A stretch of DNA of 64,000 nt from Minisyncoccia bacterium (GTDB taxonomy: Bacteria > Patescibacteriota > Minisyncoccia > Phycocordibacterales > PALSA-1337): NCBI GenBank assembly GCA_049997795.1, contig JBEKVT010000002.1, positions 1,664 through 65,663 of the forward strand, written 5' to 3'. The first letter of the stretch is position 1. Each line of letters begins with the position of its first letter. The notes beneath the pieces were generated by a model. The model was not told where the DNA came from. It made no database searches and saw only the letters and a program-made list of their open reading frames with translations. This document shows, piece by piece, positions 35,068 to 45,199 of this stretch. The translations under genes were made by a program, and so were the position numbers.

Positions 35068-35129
35068 AAACGGCTAGCGAGACCTCGGAGGTCTGCTAGC
35101 CGTGGAAGGAGAGGAGTCGGGAATGACCG

Positions 35130-35645
35130 TCAATCTGGCAGGAATTCCTTGGGAAACCTGCGTTTGAGCCAGTCGAGGATCAGAAGGTCGGTGGAACCCG
35201 AGGGGATCAGACGCGTTGGACATGATGGGCACTGGTCTGCGATCTCCAGCACGATGAACTCCAGATGGTTGGCGGCCATCTCTGACGCCGTCATCGTCTG
35301 GTAGATGCACACGTACCCCCTGACATTCCGATTGGTCCTGACCGTCTCCGCCAAGGGGATTCCCCGGGCGTACAGGCTGACGAGGATGACCCGTTGGCCG
35401 TAATTCTTCAGGAAGGCCGATGCATCCTTGCCGCCGACCTCGTAACATTCGAACCCGACGGAGCTCAAGGTCAGCATGACCCTGCGGAACGAATGGACGC
35501 CGTTCTCCGATTCGTCAACAAAGACGAGCGGATATGCGAAGCCATGCTTTGCAGGGACGGAGCGCTTGACGCTTCTCCCGCCGATCTCGACCGTCTCAAA
35601 GACTGCTGTGGTCAATGTATTCATTAGTGGATATGAAATTGTCAA
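35130..35645 (-). CDS. Hypothetical protein
   Basis: 171-aa ORF, no family recognised; terminator hairpin at 35076-35103. Confidence 0.35.
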   Translation of the reverse strand: MTISYPLMNTLTTAVFETVEIGGRSVKRSVPAKHGFAYPLVFVDESENGVHSFRRVMLTLSSVGFECYEVGGKDASAFLKNYGQRVILVSLYARGIPLAETVRTNRNVRGYVCIYQTMTASEMAANHLEFIVLEIADQCPSCPTRLIPSGSTDLLILDWLKRRFPKEFLPD

Positions 35646-35744
35646 ACTGCCATTTCACTGCCTGCATCCGGATCTCGTACGGCCGTCTGAAGACGGACAC
35701 CCCGGATGGTTCGGCCATAATTATAGTACTTTTGACAAGTTTTG

Positions 35745-36653
35745 TCAAATCCTGGTGTAGTGCAGGAGATCGGCTGTCAGGGCGCTTATTTCCGCCAGAT
35801 TCACAGGCTGTTCAAACCATCGTATCCTTGCGTCGCGCTTGAACCAGGTCTTCTGTCGACGCGCGTACTGCCAGATCCTCGTCAAAAGGAGCTCGATCAT
35901 CGGTTCTCTGGCGATCTTACCTTCCAGATATTGCGCCAGATAGCGGTATTCGAGGCCGAGCTCATCCATGCGTTCATATGAGAGGCCGTTCTCGTGCAAC
36001 TGTTCCACCTCTTTGATCATGCCGGCATCCAAGCGTTTAGTCAGGCGGTCACGGATGCGATCCCTTAACACATGGTCGGGGATGGCGACACCGATTATGA
36101 TGGCGTCATATTTCGGCTCCGCAGGCTGGGCGATCGGCGGCACGGCGCCCAATTCGCGGGCGATAAGGATGGCGCGGGCCATGCGACGCTTGTTCTTGAG
36201 ATCGATGGTGGCGGCGCGATTCGGGTCAAGTTTTTTCAATTCTTCGAATAGTTCCTCGGCAGTCTTCGATTCAAGGGCTTTCTGTTCCTCCGTATCAGCC
36301 TTGACATCCGGAAATCCAAGATCGTCTATCAGAGCGGAGATATAAAAACCAGTGCCGCCGCATATTATCGGTAATTTACCGCGAGACACGATATCGGCGA
36401 CAGCTGTTTCGGCGGCTTTCTTCCAATCCATGGCCGTGAAGCGCTCTTTCGGATCGGCGATGTCGAGGCACCAGTGCCGCACGCTCTTCATCTCGGCGGC
36501 AGTGATCTTACCAGTGCCGATGTCGAGGCCTTTGTAGACCTGTCTCGAGTCGGCGGATATGACCTCGCCGTTCAACTTCAATGCCAATTCTACGGCTAGA
36601 TCGCTCTTGCCGGACGCGGTAGGGCCTAGTATGACCAGGACTTTCGGTTTCAT
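35745..36653 (-). CDS. miaA: tRNA dimethylallyltransferase
   Basis: MKPKVLVILGPTASGKSDLA P-loop; the track ORF N-terminal extension (MAELVDAHDSKS) is the translated tRNA-Leu. Confidence 0.85.
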   Translation of the reverse strand: MKPKVLVILGPTASGKSDLAVELALKLNGEVISADSRQVYKGLDIGTGKITAAEMKSVRHWCLDIADPKERFTAMDWKKAAETAVADIVSRGKLPIICGGTGFYISALIDDLGFPDVKADTEEQKALESKTAEELFEELKKLDPNRAATIDLKNKRRMARAILIARELGAVPPIAQPAEPKYDAIIIGVAIPDHVLRDRIRDRLTKRLDAGMIKEVEQLHENGLSYERMDELGLEYRYLAQYLEGKIAREPMIELLLTRIWQYARRQKTWFKRDARIRWFEQPVNLAEISALTADLLHYTRI

Positions 36654-36655
36654 TG

Positions 36656-36737
36656 TGCCGGGAGGGAGAATCGAACTCCCATGGATTACTCCGCACGATT
36701 TTGAGTCGTGTGCGTCTACCAATTCCGCCATCCCGGC
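36656..36737 (-). tRNA. tRNA-Leu (anticodon CAA), long variable arm; 2 nt upstream of miaA start
   Basis: GCCGGGATGGCGGAATTGGTAGACGC...ACTCAAAATCGT...GGAGTTCGATTCTCCCTCCCGGCA. Confidence 0.8.
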
Positions 36738-36796
36738 GCGGTGCCCAAAGTGTACATCGCTTTTTCGGTAAATCAAAGAGGTGATACAATATCTCC

Positions 36797-37765
36797 ATGT
36801 CCTCGCCTTACGTCGACAACGCCGTCTTCCTGATAGAAGTCGGGAAGATCAGCTCGAACCCGTATCAGCCGCGGCGCGACTTCGACGAAGCTAAGATGAA
36901 GGACCTCTCGGAATCCATCCGCATGTACGGCATCCTCCAGCCATTGATCGTCACCAGGAAGGAAGTCTTCCGCGACGACGGCGGCATGAGCGTCGAATAT
37001 GAGCTCATCTCCGGCGAACGGCGCCTGCGGGCCGCCCGGCTTGCCGGCCTATCCCAAGTGCCGGTCCTCATCCGGAGCGGCGAAGAAAGCGCCCAATTGA
37101 AGCTCGAGATGGCCATCATCGAGAACCTCCAGCGCGAGGACCTGAATCCCGTCGACCGGGCCAGGTCGTTCGAACGGCTGACCAAGGAGTTCAAGCTGAA
37201 GCAGTCCGAGATCGCCGACAAGGTCGGCAAGAGCCGGGAATACGTCTCGAACTCCATGCGCATCCTGTCCTTGCCGGACGAGATGATAAACGCCCTTTCG
37301 GACGGCAAGATATCCGAAGGACATACCAGGCCCTTGCTCATGCTCGTCGACCGGCCGGAAGAGCAGGCCGTCCTCTTCAAGGAGATCATGACGAAGAAGC
37401 TGACGGTGCGCGAGGCCGAATCGCTCTCGAGACGGGTGGCAACTGAAAGGATCAGGAATAAGACCAAATACCTTGACCCGGCCATCATAGAGATGGAGAA
37501 GACTTTCACGGAATCGCTCGGCACCAGAGTGAGGATCGAAAAGAACAAGGATGGCGGCACGGTCGTCATCGATTTCTTCTCGCCGGACGACTTGCGCCAG
37601 ATATTCGAGAGATTGAACACCGGAGCCGCCGAGAAGCCGGCTACGATCGGAGATCCGAAACCATCATCGCCTAACACGTCTCCCATCGACGACCGCGCGC
37701 CGGCGGAAGCGGCGAAGGAAGAGAATGACGAAGGCTTGTATTCGCTGAAAGACTTCTCGATCTAA
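36797..37765 (+). CDS. parB: Chromosome partitioning protein ParB/Spo0J
   Basis: GERRLRAARLAG box, HTH region; extended -10 TGaTACAAT 6 nt before ATG. Confidence 0.85.
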   Translation: MSSPYVDNAVFLIEVGKISSNPYQPRRDFDEAKMKDLSESIRMYGILQPLIVTRKEVFRDDGGMSVEYELISGERRLRAARLAGLSQVPVLIRSGEESAQLKLEMAIIENLQREDLNPVDRARSFERLTKEFKLKQSEIADKVGKSREYVSNSMRILSLPDEMINALSDGKISEGHTRPLLMLVDRPEEQAVLFKEIMTKKLTVREAESLSRRVATERIRNKTKYLDPAIIEMEKTFTESLGTRVRIEKNKDGGTVVIDFFSPDDLRQIFERLNTGAAEKPATIGDPKPSSPNTSPIDDRAPAEAAKEENDEGLYSLKDFSI

Positions 37766-39987
37766 GCGGCCTTTTTCTTTGATCTGAATCCGCGTTTGGC
37801 TTTCGGCTGGGCCAGGAGCTCCAATGCCCGTTCCAAGGTGATGGCGTAGACGTCGTCCGGCGCTTTCAGAGAACGGAAGTCGCTGTCGCGGACTATATAT
37901 GGGCCGAAACGGCCGACGGAAGCGGTGACGACGAGGCCTGTCGCGGGATCGGTGCCTAGAGCTCGCGGAAGGCTCAAGTATTTGAGAGCGTCGGCCACGG
38001 TTATTTTCGCCGGATCCATCGCCTTGGGAATGGAAGCCATCCGAGGTTTTGCCGGCTTCGGTTCGCCCTTCTCGGGCTTTTCCGGCTTCATGCCGAGCTG
38101 GACATATGGCCCGAAGCGGCCGGTCAAGACGAAGATCGGCAGGCCAGTCGTCGGATCGGTCCCAATCGGCTCATCTTTCTTGAATTCATGGCCATCCATG
38201 GTCAAGGCGCCGTCGCAATCAGGATAGCGAGAGCAGGACAGGAATTTGCCGTTCCGGCCGAGCTTGACGTCCATCTTGCTGCCGCATTTCGGGCACTTGA
38301 ATCTCGAGTCGGCCGCGCCTAGGTTCGTGGCCTTGGCCAAAGTCTCTTTCGATTTCACGTCTTTGGCGAATGGCTTGTAGAAGTCGGATAAGGTCTTCAG
38401 GTAAGTACGATCGCCGTTCGCGATCTCGTCGAGCTCGTCCTCCATCTCGGCGGTGAACGAATCGCTGATGTAGGTCGGGAAATATTCCTCGAGGAAAGAC
38501 GAGACGACGTCGCCGGTGTCCGTCGGCCGGAGCGAGCGGTTCTCCTTCTCGACGTAGCCGCGGTCCTCGATGGTCTTCACTATGGAAGCATAGGTCGAGG
38601 GCCGGCCGATGCCGCGCTTCTCGAGCTCCTTGATGAGGCCGGCTTCGGTATAGCGCTGAGGCGGCTCGGTCTGTTTCTCCGTCGGCTCCATGGACAGGAG
38701 CTCCAGCTTCTCGCCCTTCCCGCATTTCGGCAGGGTCACTTCATCGCCGTTCGATTCCGGATCGGCCTTGAGCCAGCCGTCGAAGACGACGCGGGCGCCG
38801 TTGGCCTCGAAATCCGGTATCTTGGGCGTGACGGGCGCGATCACGTTCGCCGTGATCTTCGTCCGGCCTATGCGCGCGTCAGCCATCTGGGAAGCCACGG
38901 CTCTCTGCCATATCAGGCGATAAAGCCTCTTCTGCTCGTCGTTATGGCCGGCGTTCATCTTGTCGAAATGCGAGGGGCGGATGGCCTCGTGGGCTTCCTG
39001 GGCGTTCTTCGACTTCCCGGCGTACGTCCGGAACTGCAGATACTCCTTGCCGAACTCCTTTTCGACGGTCCCGGCGATCGCCCCGAGGGCCTGCTTGCCG
39101 AGGTTGGTCGAATCGGTGCGCATGTAGGTGATGTAGCCGGCTTCGTAGAGCTTCTGGGCGATACCCATGGTCCGGGCCGGCGTGAAGCCGTAGCGGGTGC
39201 TCGCCGCTTGCTGGAGGGTGGAGGTGATGAAGGGCGGCCGGGGCGAACGCTTGACTTCGGACTCTTCGACGCCGACCACGCGCCAGTTCTCTCTTTTGGC
39301 GGCCTCCAGTATCGAATCCACTTCCTTCTTGTCGCGCGGCTCTTTCGAAGAGACGAGGACGAGCGTCTCGCCCTTGGCGGTCTTCCATTTGCCGGAGATC
39401 GTCCAGTATGTCTCCGGCTTGAAGGCCCTTATCTCGCGTTCGCGCTCCATGATTATCCGGAGAGCCGGCGATTGGACGCGGCCGGCGGAGAGACCGTAGC
39501 GGACCTTCTTCCAGATGAGCCCGGACAAGTCGTAGCCCACGATGCGGTCGAGGACGCGCCGCGCTTCCTGGGCTTCGCGCAAATGCTGGTCGATCGGCCG
39601 CGGATGCTCCAGGGCCTCGTCCACGGCTTCCTTGGTTATCTCATGGAAAGCGATGCGCTCTATCTTCTTGTCTATGCCGGCGCCGAGGCGATCCTTCAGG
39701 ACTTCGGCGATGTGCCAGGCGATGGCTTCGCCTTCGCGGTCCGGGTCGGTGGCCAAGATGACCTCGTCCGCCTTGCCGGCCGCGCGCACGATATCGCTTA
39801 TGACGGCCTCTTTCTTCGGCACGATCTCGTAATGGGGGACGAAGCCGCCTTCGATGTCTACCGCCTTCTTGTTCGATTTCGGCAGGTCCCGGACGTGGCC
39901 GATCGAAGCGCGCACGACGAAACCGTCTCCGAGATACTTGGAGATGGTCTTCGATTTCGACGGAGATTCAACGATCACCAATTTCAT
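37762..39987 (-). CDS. topA: DNA topoisomerase I
   Basis: MKLVIVESPSKSKTISKYLG TOPRIM start; C-terminal zinc ribbons CPKCGSKM...CSRYPDC. Confidence 0.9.
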   Translation of the reverse strand: MKLVIVESPSKSKTISKYLGDGFVVRASIGHVRDLPKSNKKAVDIEGGFVPHYEIVPKKEAVISDIVRAAGKADEVILATDPDREGEAIAWHIAEVLKDRLGAGIDKKIERIAFHEITKEAVDEALEHPRPIDQHLREAQEARRVLDRIVGYDLSGLIWKKVRYGLSAGRVQSPALRIIMEREREIRAFKPETYWTISGKWKTAKGETLVLVSSKEPRDKKEVDSILEAAKRENWRVVGVEESEVKRSPRPPFITSTLQQAASTRYGFTPARTMGIAQKLYEAGYITYMRTDSTNLGKQALGAIAGTVEKEFGKEYLQFRTYAGKSKNAQEAHEAIRPSHFDKMNAGHNDEQKRLYRLIWQRAVASQMADARIGRTKITANVIAPVTPKIPDFEANGARVVFDGWLKADPESNGDEVTLPKCGKGEKLELLSMEPTEKQTEPPQRYTEAGLIKELEKRGIGRPSTYASIVKTIEDRGYVEKENRSLRPTDTGDVVSSFLEEYFPTYISDSFTAEMEDELDEIANGDRTYLKTLSDFYKPFAKDVKSKETLAKATNLGAADSRFKCPKCGSKMDVKLGRNGKFLSCSRYPDCDGALTMDGHEFKKDEPIGTDPTTGLPIFVLTGRFGPYVQLGMKPEKPEKGEPKPAKPRMASIPKAMDPAKITVADALKYLSLPRALGTDPATGLVVTASVGRFGPYIVRDSDFRSLKAPDDVYAITLERALELLAQPKAKRGFRSKKKAA

Positions 39988-40007
39988 TGCCGGTAAGTAT
40001 TACACTA

Positions 40008-40886
40008 TTACGGAGAAAGCCGCAACAAGGCGCAGTCTGCCTCGATCAATCCTTCGAGCTCGAGGGACGACAATCTGGCGCTCGCTTCCTGCGGTTCTAC
40101 GCCGAGGGTTTCGATGAGGGCGTCGGATGAGATCTCGCCGCGGCGAAGGACGTCTATGATCCGCCTAGAGAGCGGATCCAAGGCCTCCAAGCGGCGCTTT
40201 GCGATTGTCTCATGCGCGGGTGGGACGAAGCCGAGCGCCTCCAAAAGGTCGTCCGACGAGGCGACCAGTCCCGCCCCGCGGTGAAGGAGCATGTGCGCGC
40301 CGTACGAGTGATCGGCGAATATCGAACCCGGCACGGCCAGGACGTCGCGATCGAAATCCTCGGCATATCTGGCGGTCATGAGCGAGCCTGAGCCGTGGCC
40401 GGCTTCGACGATCAAGGTGGCGTGAGATATGCCGGCCATCAGGCGATTACGGGTAGGGAACATGAACTCAGCGGTCCGGCATTCAGGAGCGTATTCGGAA
40501 AGGAGCGCTCCGCCGGCCTCTATGATCTTCCGCGCAAGCGGCTCGTTCGAATATGGATACACGACATCCCAATCAAGGCCTGATCCGGGGAACGCGACGC
40601 AATGTAAACCAGCTTCTAGAGCTGCTTCATGGGCCATGCCGTCTATGCCGATCGCCAATCCCGAAACGATCGAGATAGGATAGCCCTTGAGGCCCAAGAC
40701 GAGCTTGGCCACGGCTTCTTCGCCGTACCGGCTCGGATGGCGGGAACCAACCACGCATAAAAATTTCAGGCCATCTGGATCTGGCCATTTACCCCGCATC
40801 CAGAGCTTCTTCGGCGGCCTGTGCATGTTCTGCATTGTTATAGGATAAGAATCCGGAAAGATCACTCTGATTTGATTATTTTCCAT
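40008..40886 (-). CDS. dprA: DNA processing protein DprA (Smf)
   Basis: Rossmann-like DprA core (VVGSRHPSRYGEEAV...GIDGMAHEAAL) + C-terminal winged helix; adjacent to topA. Confidence 0.8.
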   Translation of the reverse strand: MENNQIRVIFPDSYPITMQNMHRPPKKLWMRGKWPDPDGLKFLCVVGSRHPSRYGEEAVAKLVLGLKGYPISIVSGLAIGIDGMAHEAALEAGLHCVAFPGSGLDWDVVYPYSNEPLARKIIEAGGALLSEYAPECRTAEFMFPTRNRLMAGISHATLIVEAGHGSGSLMTARYAEDFDRDVLAVPGSIFADHSYGAHMLLHRGAGLVASSDDLLEALGFVPPAHETIAKRRLEALDPLSRRIIDVLRRGEISSDALIETLGVEPQEASARLSSLELEGLIEADCALLRLSP

Positions 40887-41014
40887 GGTTGTTCGACGAT
40901 TAAGCTTCATAAACTAGATGCGGCGTAATAAAAAAGGCGCCTCGCGGGCCTCGTGACGCGGCCATTATAACACTTTTTTCTTATGTCAAAGATTGCTATG
41001 ATGTAAGGGCTTCC

Positions 41015-42280
41015 ATGCTCGACATAAGATTCATCCGCGAGAACAGGGATATCGTCGCCGCGGCGGCCAAGAAGAAGCGCCTGCCATTCAAGGTGGACGA
41101 GCTCATCGCCGTGGACGACAAAAGGAAGAGCCTGCTCATGGGCGTCGAGAAGAAGCGGGCCGAACAAAATGCCGCTAACAATAAGATAGCGAGCGCTATC
41201 GCCGCGTCAGACCGGGCCGAGCTCATTGCCAGGATGAAGGTCGTCAAGGCCGATCTCGAGAAAGCCGAAGCCGAATTGAAGGACGTCATGAAGGCCTGGC
41301 AGGACCTGATGCTCCAAGTGCCGAACATCCCCGACATGGCCGTCCCAGACGGCGCTTCCGAGGCTGATAACAAGGAAGTCAAGGTCTGGGGGACCAAGCC
41401 GAAGTTCGCCTTCGAGCCCAAAGACCACGTCGAGCTCATGACTTCGCTCGGCATGGCTGATCTAGAGCGCGGCGCCAAGGTCCACGGCTTCCGCGGATAT
41501 TTCCTGACAGGCGACGGGGCCCGCCTTTCCTTTGCCATCTGGAATTTCGCCCTGGATTTCTTCTCAAGCAAGGGCTTCACGCCGGTTCTGCCGCCCGCAG
41601 TCGTCCGCAAACTGAATCTATACGGCACCGGCTATCTGCCGGGCGGCGAAGAGGACTTGTACAAGACCCAGGATGGCGATTATCTCGCCGGCACGGCTGA
41701 AGTGCCGCTCATGGGCTTCCATGGAGGCGAAGTCCTGGCTCTCGAAGACCTGCCGAAGCGGTATCTCGGCTTCTCGCCGTGTTATCGCCGGGAAGCGGGC
41801 GCCCATGGCAAGGATATGCGGGGCCTGGTCCGGGTCAACGAATTCTTCAAATTCGAACAGCTCATCCTCTGCGAGGCCGACCATCAGGTCTCCGTCAAGT
41901 TCCACGAGGAATTGAACCGCAACACCGAAGAGTTCATCGAAGCTCTCGGCATCCCGTACCACACTATAATCAATTGCGGAGCGGATCTCGGTTTGGGCCA
42001 GGTCAAGAAATACGACATCGAGCTCTGGGTGCCGAAAGAGAATAGATATCGGGAGATCGGCTCGGCATCTTATTTCCATGATTTCCAGTGCCGACGCCTC
42101 GACATCCGCTACAAGGACGCGGAAGGCAAGCTCAAGTATTGCCATTCGCTGAACGCCACGGCCATCCCCACGCCGCGCATCCTGGTCTCGCTCGTCGAGA
42201 ATCTCCAGCAGGCGGACGGCACGATCAGATTGCCTGAAACTCTGATCAAGTATTTCGGCAAAGGCACTATCGGGAAATGA
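41015..42280 (+). CDS. serS: Serine--tRNA ligase
   Basis: 421 aa; N-terminal coiled coil, class II motifs (FRRE-like YRREAGAHGKDMRGLVRVNEF). Confidence 0.9.
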   Translation: MLDIRFIRENRDIVAAAAKKKRLPFKVDELIAVDDKRKSLLMGVEKKRAEQNAANNKIASAIAASDRAELIARMKVVKADLEKAEAELKDVMKAWQDLMLQVPNIPDMAVPDGASEADNKEVKVWGTKPKFAFEPKDHVELMTSLGMADLERGAKVHGFRGYFLTGDGARLSFAIWNFALDFFSSKGFTPVLPPAVVRKLNLYGTGYLPGGEEDLYKTQDGDYLAGTAEVPLMGFHGGEVLALEDLPKRYLGFSPCYRREAGAHGKDMRGLVRVNEFFKFEQLILCEADHQVSVKFHEELNRNTEEFIEALGIPYHTIINCGADLGLGQVKKYDIELWVPKENRYREIGSASYFHDFQCRRLDIRYKDAEGKLKYCHSLNATAIPTPRILVSLVENLQQADGTIRLPETLIKYFGKGTIGK

Positions 42281-43189
42281 ATGCCAGGACAGCGCTCAAA
42301 ACTCCGCTCGCACCAATCGAGGCCGTTCAATGAGCGCCGGCGACGGCGCGTCGTCCTCGGCTACGCGGCCGCCATCACGGCCGCCGTCTCGTTTCTGTTC
42401 GTCTCCTCCCGCTTGAGTTTCCTGCCGGCTCTTTCCATCGAGACCGTGGAAGTGTACGGCGCTGACGCCAGCATCACTCCGGCCATGGAAACGGCCGCTT
42501 ACGGCGCCATCCAAGGCTCGTATCTCGGCCTTTTCTCCAAGTCGAACGCTCTCATATATCCGGGTTCGGCCGTGGCCGCGGCCGTGGCTTCGTTGTCGCC
42601 GAAAGTCGAGACGGTCAGCGTCGAGCTCTCCGGCATGCGCTCGCTCGCCGTGTCGGTCTCGGAAAAGGCGCCGGCGGCCGTCGTTTGCGCCGACCTGCCG
42701 AATTGGGACGAGAACGGCGCGCTTCTGCCGGAGAGCGGCTGCTATTTCGCCGACGAGGACGGCCTGATCTTCGACCAAGCGCCGGAAGACGCGGGAGATC
42801 TTTATAATCGCTATTACGTCCCGGGCCTCTCCGGCAGCGATCGCGTGATAGGCCTTTTCGCCACTTCGACGGCCGAATTCAAGAGCCTCCAGGGATTCAT
42901 GGACAGCGTCAAGGCCGCCGGCATCAGAACGGAAGCGATGCTCATGGAGGACGGCGGCGAGTACGAGCTTTACGCACATAATCCGCCGGCCGTCTCGACC
43001 ACGTCTTCCGAAGGGAGCGTCGTCGTCATCCATTTCAACGACGCGGCGGGCCTCAGGACGGAGCGCGACAACCTCGTGTTGTTCTGGAGCTCGATGACCG
43101 ATAAGGCCAAGGCCGCCGGCGCCGCGCCGGAATGGAGCGACATCAAGCTTCAATATCCGCCGAATATCGACTACACTGAAACGAAATGA
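42281..43189 (+). CDS. Hypothetical membrane-anchored protein (basic N-terminus + one TM + periplasmic domain)
   Basis: 302 aa; no family recognised. Confidence 0.35.
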   Translation: MPGQRSKLRSHQSRPFNERRRRRVVLGYAAAITAAVSFLFVSSRLSFLPALSIETVEVYGADASITPAMETAAYGAIQGSYLGLFSKSNALIYPGSAVAAAVASLSPKVETVSVELSGMRSLAVSVSEKAPAAVVCADLPNWDENGALLPESGCYFADEDGLIFDQAPEDAGDLYNRYYVPGLSGSDRVIGLFATSTAEFKSLQGFMDSVKAAGIRTEAMLMEDGGEYELYAHNPPAVSTTSSEGSVVVIHFNDAAGLRTERDNLVLFWSSMTDKAKAAGAAPEWSDIKLQYPPNIDYTETK

Positions 43190-44157
43190 GGGATTTCCTG
43201 TATATCGTCTTCGGCGGGCTAGTGGCCATCTTCTTCGGCGTAACCGTCGTCTGGGGCGCGATCCGCGCCGTCGTCTTCTTCTTGCCGCCTTCCTCGAGCC
43301 GCAATCCGTCCTCGGCTACCGATACGGCTCTTCCCCAGCCGGCCCAACTGGTTTCTTCGGACGAGACCGCCAGTTCGACTCCGATCATTCGATATACCGC
43401 TCTGGAGGAAGAAGACCTCATCAACGAGGCGGCGCAGGCCCTGCCGTCAGGCGCCGACAACAAGATATCGGCGAAGGCGTACCTCGTGAAAGACCTCGTG
43501 ACCGGCGCCATATCGGCCGAATACGCCGAGACCAGGCTCCTGCCCATCGCCTCGCTCACCAAGCTCGTCACGGCCGAGATTGCCCGCCGATTCATCCCGC
43601 CGGACATGAAGATCACGCTCACCAAGGAAGTCATGGCCACGTACGGCAATACCGCCGACTTCAAGGTAGGGGAGACCTTCACGGCTAGCGATCTCCTGTA
43701 TCCGCTCCTCATGGTCTCGTCGAATGACGCCGCCGAGGCTTACGCCAGAGCCTACGGCCGCGACCAATTCATCTCGGAGATGAACGCTTTCAGCCAGTCG
43801 ATCGGCGCTTATCGCACCTATTTTGCCGATCCGTCCGGCCTGTCGCCCTTGAATGAATCGACGGCCACCGACTTAGGCCTGATTATCGACTGGATCAGGA
43901 AGAACGATCCGGCGATCATAGACACGACCGCCCTCAAGATAAAGACCGTGCGCGACCACACCTGGGTCGATCCGACGCATTTCCTGTCGTGGTCTTACTA
44001 TCTCGGCGGCAAGGACGGCTACACCGACGAGGCCGACCGCACCGCCGTATCGCTCTTCGCCATGGGACCGCGCAAGGACGTCTATGCCGTGGTGGTCTTG
44101 GGAAGCGCGAGCCGGGACGCCGACATCGTCAAGCTCCTGAGGAAGATCAAGGATTAG
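43186..44157 (+). CDS. D-alanyl-D-alanine carboxypeptidase (S11 family, PBP5-like), membrane-anchored
   Basis: SLTKL (SxxK), SSND (SxN), KDG (KTG-like) active-site triad motifs. Confidence 0.75.
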   Translation: MRDFLYIVFGGLVAIFFGVTVVWGAIRAVVFFLPPSSSRNPSSATDTALPQPAQLVSSDETASSTPIIRYTALEEEDLINEAAQALPSGADNKISAKAYLVKDLVTGAISAEYAETRLLPIASLTKLVTAEIARRFIPPDMKITLTKEVMATYGNTADFKVGETFTASDLLYPLLMVSSNDAAEAYARAYGRDQFISEMNAFSQSIGAYRTYFADPSGLSPLNESTATDLGLIIDWIRKNDPAIIDTTALKIKTVRDHTWVDPTHFLSWSYYLGGKDGYTDEADRTAVSLFAMGPRKDVYAVVVLGSASRDADIVKLLRKIKD

Positions 44158-44159
44158 AC

Positions 44160-45188
44160 ATGACAAGATCGGCCAAAAACCGCATGTCCGGATCCGCCGG
44201 CAGAAGAGCCGCCGGTTTCTGGAGCCGCCTGCCACGGCCCATCTTCGCCATGGCACCGATGGCCAACGTCACCGACTGCGCCATGAGGAAGCTCATCGCG
44301 AAGTACGGCAAACCGGATGTCATGTGGACAGAATTCGTCTCGGCGGACGGCCTCGTATCTGTAGGCGGCAAGAAGTTGCTTGTCGATCTCGAATACTCGC
44401 CGAAAGAAAGGCCGATCGTGGCCCAGCTCTTCACCGGCCATCCCGAAGCCATGAAAAAAGCCGCCGCCATCGCCCGCAAGCTCGGCTTCGACGGATTGGA
44501 CGTCAACATGGGCTGTCCGGACCGCGCCGTTGAAAGGCAGGGCGGGGGAGCAGCCATGATGAAGGACCAGAAGGCAGCTATTGAAGTGCTGGCGGCGGCG
44601 CGCGAAGGATTCAAGACCGGCCCGGTCTCGGTCAAAACCCGCCTGGGATATAAAGCCATCGACTTGGATTGGATCAAATTACTTTTAGAACAAAAGTTGG
44701 CGGCCTTGACTGTTCATTTAAGGACACGCAAGGAGATGTCGGATGTTCCGGCCCATTGGGAATCGATGCCGGCCATTATCAAGCTTCGAAATCAAATCAG
44801 TCCAGAGACTTTGATCATCGGCAATGGCGATGTCGAGAATGTAAAAGACGGCCTGGCCAAGATCGAGAGATACGGCTGTGACGGCGTGATGATCGGGCGC
44901 GGCATCTTCGGCAAGCCGTGGCTGTTCGAGAACGTGAGAAAGGGCCGCGACGCCAAAGAGAGGACTCCGGAAGAGCGGCTTAAGATAATGCTCGAGCACG
45001 CCAAGCTATTCGAGAGAGAGTTCTGCGGCAGGAGACGTTTGAAAAATTTCGCCATCATGCGTAAGCATTTCAAGGCCTACGTCTCAGGATGGGACGGCGC
45101 CAAAGAGCTTCGGGTCAAGCTGATGAAGGCCGAGAACGCCAAGGAAGTGCAAAAAGTGATTAAGGATTATCTTAAGGGTCCATGCTAA
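44160..45188 (+). CDS. dus: tRNA-dihydrouridine synthase
   Basis: FAMAPMANVTD signature, TIM-barrel flavoenzyme pattern; ATG overlaps upstream stop. Confidence 0.8.
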   Translation: MTRSAKNRMSGSAGRRAAGFWSRLPRPIFAMAPMANVTDCAMRKLIAKYGKPDVMWTEFVSADGLVSVGGKKLLVDLEYSPKERPIVAQLFTGHPEAMKKAAAIARKLGFDGLDVNMGCPDRAVERQGGGAAMMKDQKAAIEVLAAAREGFKTGPVSVKTRLGYKAIDLDWIKLLLEQKLAALTVHLRTRKEMSDVPAHWESMPAIIKLRNQISPETLIIGNGDVENVKDGLAKIERYGCDGVMIGRGIFGKPWLFENVRKGRDAKERTPEERLKIMLEHAKLFEREFCGRRRLKNFAIMRKHFKAYVSGWDGAKELRVKLMKAENAKEVQKVIKDYLKGPC

Positions 45189-45199
45189 AATAACCAATC

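Noticed and set aside
35745-36776. N-terminal 41-aa extension of miaA ORF
   Set aside because: The extension is the translation of the tRNA-Leu(CAA) gene (MAELVDA... signature of translated tRNA); miaA starts at 36653.
38944-39996. 350-aa plus-strand ORF
   Set aside because: Antisense to topA.
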